Positions 59,421 to 64,000 of a stretch of 64,000 nt of DNA are shown piece by piece. The first letter of the stretch is position 1, and each line of letters begins with the position of its first letter. This DNA is from Haloplanus sp. (lineage in GTDB: Archaea > Halobacteriota > Halobacteria > Halobacteriales > Haloferacaceae), in contig JBDGTP010000034.1 of the NCBI GenBank assembly GCA_042216725.1, forward strand, positions 3,574-67,573, given 5' to 3'. The position numbers and the translations under genes were made by a program. The notes under the pieces were generated by a model. It worked only from the letters and a program-made list of their open reading frames with translations. It searched no databases and was not told the origin of the DNA.

Positions 59421-59801
59421 TTACTCGTCGACGAGGTCGATCCCGGCGTCGCCGTTCGGCACCATACAGACGAACGCGCTCTCGGCGTCGCTCTCGTTAC
59501 GGAACCAGTGCACCGTGCCCGCCGGGATCAACAGCGAGTCGCCCGCCGTGACGGTGTGTTCCTCGCCGTCGATGCCGACGACGTACTCCCCGGTCACCGT
59601 GTGGACTTCGTGTTCGACGGCGTTGGTGTGTTTCGGCACCTCGGCACCCGGGTCGAGGTGGTAACGGCGCATCCGGAAGTTCGGCGCTCCGTCGGATTCG
59701 TCGAAGATGACCGCCTTCCGCACGCCGTCGGCTTGCGACAGGGTGTCGTACTCGACGTCGCTGGCCCGCTTGACGACCGGACTGGGCTGTTGTTCGCTCA
59801 T
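59421..59801 (-). CDS. Cupin domain protein
   Basis: PKHTNAVEHE, GDSLLIPAGTVHW. Confidence 0.9.
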   Translation of the reverse strand: MSEQQPSPVVKRASDVEYDTLSQADGVRKAVIFDESDGAPNFRMRRYHLDPGAEVPKHTNAVEHEVHTVTGEYVVGIDGEEHTVTAGDSLLIPAGTVHWFRNESDAESAFVCMVPNGDAGIDLVDE

Positions 59802-60095
59802 GGTCGTCGGTCGGCGGCGAGGGAGATAAGTCCTGGTTCCGCGGCGCTCCGGCCGGATGATACGGCGAACACCTCACGGCGCATTCTGGTCTGCGATGAG
59901 TGAGGAGGGCTACGACAGCGCTAGCGGCGGAACCGACCAGCGAACACCGCCACGGTCTCGGAGCGAGCATGACGGGTCCGGCCGAGAGCGACGAGACGTT
60001 CCGCGGCCCGTTCGTCTTCGCGCCTGCCGGTGCGGAGTCCGGCTTCGGCTGCTCCGACCCACTCCCCGACGCGACGTGAGTGACGACGGCATTCG

Positions 60096-60650
60096 TTATT
60101 CGTTCGGCGACCGTTCGCCCGCAGGGATCGTCGTCTCCAGCCAGTTCTCCTCGGGCGGAAGCGGGCACGAGAACGCGTCGCTGAACGCGCAAAACGGCGT
60201 GTACGCCAGGTTGAAATCGAGGGGGACGCGATCACCGTCGTCGAGTGCGCGGTGGGGTTCGAGTTCCATGTACCGCCCGCCACGGTAGGTCTGCTGTCCG
60301 GTCGTCTTATCGCGGAACGGGACGAAAATATCGTCGGAGTCAGCGCCCTCCTGACGGTAGCCGTGGAGCGTGTGAGTGTCGCCGTCGAGGGCGAATTCGA
60401 ACGTGACGATCCGAAGATACCGAACCGTCCGACCGTCGCTCGTCTCCATCTCGACCGGGACGGGGTCGTCGGACACCGTGACGGTCGCGTCGACGCGATA
60501 GTCGGGGTTCGGGTCGAAGTACGGCAGGCCGTCGAAGTCGTCGCGTTCCTCGGGGGGGAGCGGCGACCCCCGCGACTCGGCGAAGACACGATCCTTCTCG
60601 GCGCGGTGCTCACGCAGGCGGGCGGCGTAGTCGTCGGGCGTCTCGGACAC
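60096..60650 (-). CDS. DUF1684 family protein
   Basis: FVPFRDKTTG, TYRGGRY, LDFNLAYTPFCAF, CPLPP. Confidence 0.9.
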   Translation of the reverse strand: MSETPDDYAARLREHRAEKDRVFAESRGSPLPPEERDDFDGLPYFDPNPDYRVDATVTVSDDPVPVEMETSDGRTVRYLRIVTFEFALDGDTHTLHGYRQEGADSDDIFVPFRDKTTGQQTYRGGRYMELEPHRALDDGDRVPLDFNLAYTPFCAFSDAFSCPLPPEENWLETTIPAGERSPNE

Positions 60651-60777
60651 ACGCGATATACGGGGACGACGGGTTTCAGTCCGACGATCCGGAACGGCTC
60701 ATCGGACGTGGAGCGAAATCATTCCTGATAATCACGTCAGTCGATTTATATTATTGACCGGTATCGTCCTCGACGGG

Positions 60778-61901
60778 ATGGCTTCGAAGGGCGTTCTCGG
60801 GACGAGCTACCTCGTCTCCGTCGGCATCGTGCTGTTCGGGTCGCTCACGGGCGTGTTGGTGCCGCCGGGTACCGGGCTGGCCACCACCGAATCAACCTCG
60901 CTCCTCGGGCTCTGTCTGGGGGTGATGGTCGCCGGGTGTTTCACGCTGACCGGGGTCGGCCTCTCGCACAGCGGACTGGACGGGGAGCGGGTGTGGCGCG
61001 TGGCTGCGTGGTCGACGCTCGGTCTGGGGGTTCCCACCCTGCTCTCCGTTTTCCTGCTCCTGTGGGTTCCGGCGACGCTCGGCGGCGTGGGCTGGCGGAG
61101 TGTCGTCATGGTCGACATCACGGCGGGCGGTGTCGTCGGCGTACTCGTCGGGGCGCTCCTGAACTCCGGGCAGAACACGAACGCACACGGACGCTCAACC
61201 AGCGCAACACCGTCTTTCTCCGCCTGTTCCGGCACGACATCCGAACCAGCGTCAACATCGTCCGCGGTCATCTCACTCTCGTCGATGCCGACGAGGTGTC
61301 GGTGTCCGAGGCCGCCGACGTGATCCACGACCAGCTCGATCACATCACGCGCCTGAGCGACGCGGCGAACCGCCTCGACGACCTCGAAGCGATGGTCGAG
61401 ACGGAGCCGGTCGACCTCAGCGCCCTCACGACCGACCGAGTCGAGGAGGTTCGTCGCGTCCACGACGGCGTGGTCGTCGAGACGGACATCCGACCGGGAA
61501 CGTACGTGCGAGCGAACGATCTGCTGGCGTCGGTCGTCGACAACCTGCTCAGGAACGCGGTCGAACACGGCGACGCCGAGCCGAGGGTGTGGGTTACCGT
61601 CCGGCCGACCGAGGGACGGTCGGACACCGCCGAACTCCGCGTCCGGGACGACGGGCCGGGGTTCTCGGACACCGAACTCGCCGTTCACACCGACGCGACC
61701 GAGACGGCACTCCAGCACAGCGACGGGGTCGGCCTCTGGCTCGTCCGATGGATCGTCGACGCCTACGACGGCGAACTCGTCGTCGAAAACGACGCGACGG
61801 GCGCCGCCGTGACCGTTCGGCTTCCCGCGGCCCGCACGCCGACCGACCGACAGCGACGGATGCCGACGACCGCTCCTGAGCGGTCGGCCACGACTCGGTA
61901 A
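60778..61901 (+). pseudogene. Membrane sensor histidine kinase split by a 1-bp frameshift
   Basis: Four TM helices in frame 1; RHDIR H-box, NLLRNAVEH, DDGPG, GVGLWLV in frame 2; frames join at ~61159-61161 if one G is added (CTG GAA CTC). Confidence 0.8.
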
Positions 61902-61938
61902 CGGCCGTCGCCAGCGTCGTGCCGCATTCGCAGTCGGC

Positions 61939-62130
61939 TTACCGAGTCGCCCGAAACTCGCCGTGCTTGACGCCGATACCGAACGCGAGCAACCCGAAGA
62001 CGAGCATCGACGGGGCGACCATCATCAGCGTCGTTCGTATCGCCATCATCCCGCTCGCGATCAGTCCGGCGACACCGAGTACGACGACAGCGAGTACGGC
62101 ACCGAGCGCGACCGGGAGGGTGACTTGCAT
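61939..62130 (-). CDS. Small haloarchaeal membrane protein
   Basis: Two TM helices, C-terminal GVKHGEFRA. Confidence 0.8.
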   Translation of the reverse strand: MQVTLPVALGAVLAVVVLGVAGLIASGMMAIRTTLMMVAPSMLVFGLLAFGIGVKHGEFRATR

Positions 62131-62255
62131 ACGGGTGTGAACGGCGCGGAGACGGATAATAGGGTCGCCGCGGCGGCCGAAATCGTCCGGTCGTCCACTG
62201 ACAGCCGGCTCGGGCGGGTGATCGTGGGGACTGCCGATATCCCGGCGTCCGACCG

Positions 62256-62834
62256 TCACGTCTCGACAGCCGGCGCATCGCGCGCGTCGGTCCGCCGATC
62301 CGCCACCGCCCCGCGCACACCCCGAACGACGAACGTCGCCTCGGCCGTGCCGTCCGGCCCCCGGACGACCACGTCGACGGCAACGGCGACGAGGGCGGTG
62401 TCGTTCGCCCGAGTCTGTGTGACGACGCCGTCGGTGACGACGCAGTCGCCGAAGACGCGGTCGGGGCCGCGGGGACAGGCGACGCCGGCCCACCGGGTCG
62501 CCGCGGTGTCGTTGCGGTCGACGGTGACGGTAACATCCCGGCGCGAGCCGGTGGCTTCGACGTGGTCGACGGCGGGCCGGAGGCGGTCGGCGACCGTCGC
62601 TGCGACGGCCCTGTGGCGGTCGGCGCCGGTTTCGTTGGCCAGCGCGACCGTCGTCTCGGCGACCGACCGTTCGAGCACTCGCTTGGCGTCGGTGATGGTC
62701 GTCCGTTCGACGGCCGGATCGGCCGTCACGCTCCCCGCGCCGAGTTGGGCGTACGCGAGGAGCATCGGCACGAGGGCGGTGACGACGACGGCCGCCGCGA
62801 GGAGGACGAGCTGGCCGCGGCGACGCCGGCTCAT
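62256..62834 (-). CDS. Type IV pilin-like protein (class III signal peptide)
   Basis: RRRRG/QLVLL followed by hydrophobic helix; C-x8-C pair. Confidence 0.75.
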   Translation of the reverse strand: MSRRRRGQLVLLAAAVVVTALVPMLLAYAQLGAGSVTADPAVERTTITDAKRVLERSVAETTVALANETGADRHRAVAATVADRLRPAVDHVEATGSRRDVTVTVDRNDTAATRWAGVACPRGPDRVFGDCVVTDGVVTQTRANDTALVAVAVDVVVRGPDGTAEATFVVRGVRGAVADRRTDARDAPAVET

Positions 62835-63235
62835 CCGTACCACACCCGAACGGTCACCGGGCCGTACCGCGTCGGAACCGTCGTCGAGCCGACGGTGGCG
62901 CTCGGCGGGCGCGGGTAGCCGAGCGTACCGTGGGGCGTTCGCACCTGAAACGCCACGTCCGAAGGGAGCAAGCGTGCGATCCGCTCGCGGATCGGCTGGC
63001 GAATCCGAGCGAACGACGCCGGGGAACGAGCGAGTGCGACCAGCCGGGAGTCGTGTCCGGCGTCCGTCGGCTCCGAGCCGAGGACGCTCGCCGCGTCCCG
63101 TGCCAGCGCGTCGAGCTCCGGCTCCGGCGACGGCGTCGTGGCCGCACCGACGGCGAACCCCGCGGCGACGCCGACGACGAGGACGACGCCGATAGCGGCC
63201 TCGACGACCGACAGCGAGAGCTGCCCCCTACGCAT
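62831..63235 (-). CDS. Type IV pilin-like protein (class III signal peptide)
   Basis: MRRG/QLSLSVVEAAIG followed by hydrophobic helix; overlaps neighbours. Confidence 0.78.
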   Translation of the reverse strand: MRRGQLSLSVVEAAIGVVLVVGVAAGFAVGAATTPSPEPELDALARDAASVLGSEPTDAGHDSRLVALARSPASFARIRQPIRERIARLLPSDVAFQVRTPHGTLGYPRPPSATVGSTTVPTRYGPVTVRVWYG

Positions 63236-63899
63236 CGACGGTCACCGTCAACGTCCGTGAGGTGGTGAGTCGCGGTCGATACGTCACCGTCAGCCGCCCG
63301 GTGGCGTTCCCCCCCGCGTCGACCCGGAGCGTCGTCGGTTCGTAGCGGGCGAGGTGGACGGTCGCCGGTGTGTCGAGGCCCCCGCCGTCGTAGAGGACGA
63401 CGCGCCCGTTCGCACGGACGGTTCGGACAGTGGTGTTCGGCCCGGCGTCGACCCGGACAGTCGCCCGAGCGACGCCCCGAGGAACCTGTGCGACCGACGA
63501 CCGGCTGAGGTTGGCCGCGACCTGGGCCGGCGCCGCTCTGGAGACGACGACCACCGAACGCCGAACGGTCGCCCCGCCGCCCGGCGCGCCGCGTTCGACC
63601 ACCACCTCGCCGTCGAGGGCGACGCGAACGTCACCCGACCGGGCAGGCGGGGCGATGTCGGCGAGCCGGCTCGCGTTCAGGTCGTCCAGTGTCGAGGCGT
63701 TGAGCGCGTTCGACCGAACCGTCGTCGGGGCGTCGGTGGCGACCAGACGGTCGGCGACTGCGGTCGCGGCGTGGCGTTCGAGCGGTTCGCGGTCGGCGTC
63801 GGCGAGCGCCGCGTCCGCGATGGTGACGCCCACGACTGTCGCGCTGGTCAGCAGGACGAGCGCGACTACGAGCGCCGCCAGATTGGCTTGCCCTCTCAC
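63228..63899 (-). CDS. Type IV pilin-like protein (class III signal peptide)
   Basis: MRG/QANL followed by hydrophobic helix. Confidence 0.78.
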   Translation of the reverse strand: MRGQANLAALVVALVLLTSATVVGVTIADAALADADREPLERHAATAVADRLVATDAPTTVRSNALNASTLDDLNASRLADIAPPARSGDVRVALDGEVVVERGAPGGGATVRRSVVVVSRAAPAQVAANLSRSSVAQVPRGVARATVRVDAGPNTTVRTVRANGRVVLYDGGGLDTPATVHLARYEPTTLRVDAGGNATGRLTVTYRPRLTTSRTLTVTVDA

Positions 63900-64000
63900 C
63901 CGAGGATCACCCGGACTCCGTCGGCGTCGCTCCGCACCCGGACGACGGCCCGGTCGTCGCTCTCCCAGACGCCCTCGACGGCGACGACACGGCGGGGAAG
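63896..64000 (-). CDS. C-terminal end of upstream gene of the same operon (partial)
   Basis: ...LPRRVVAVEGVWESDDRAVVRVRSDADGVRVILG*; stop overlaps the next GTG. Confidence 0.65.
   Translation of the reverse strand, partial: LPRRVVAVEGVWESDDRAVVRVRSDADGVRVILG

Noticed and set aside
59850-60095. Short ORFs between cupin and DUF1684
   Set aside because: No consistent frame, RBS or recognisable motif; cannot support a call
1-64000. Many long Arg/Pro-rich or antisense ORFs in the six-frame track (e.g. 169-1272, 9194-10651, 14417-16018, 54055-55842, 58150-59664)
   Set aside because: Shadow frames of real genes in high-GC DNA; they lack acidic halophile composition and family motifs

Overview
GC-rich haloarchaeal chromosomal segment (acidic proteins, Tat lipoproteins, PGF-CTERM, halocyanin, HalOD1; Haloferacales-like by inference). 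The left third is conserved core: pstSCA, endonuclease IV, ncsA, cdrL-cdrS-ftsZ2, a cobinamide-salvage operon (HAD-cbiB-cobS-cobY-cobT-cobD-cbiZ-cobA-[insert]-cobQ) and a minD2-like pair. The middle and right are accessory: an IS6 element with an 8-bp target duplication, photolyase, a PduS/RnfC-like flavoprotein lacking Fe-S motifs, an AT-rich-flanked sph3/rdfA-like plus APC permease block, and several decayed or frameshifted genes. Further right are two crcB genes, an amide-utilisation cluster (two formamidases, an AmiS/UreI channel and an extra thermosome subunit with a His-rich tail), an archaeal SAM synthetase and the end of a type IV pilin-like operon. No rRNA, tRNA or CRISPR array was seen. 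All family calls are from motif recognition by eye, not database searches. Most notable: the formamidase-linked chaperonin, the Fe-S-less PduS-like protein, a repeated GTAAGAC motif at cdrS, CGAA-N4-TTCG boxes, a palindromic mini-element disrupting an AhpD-like gene, and helically phased TCGGGTTT repeats.
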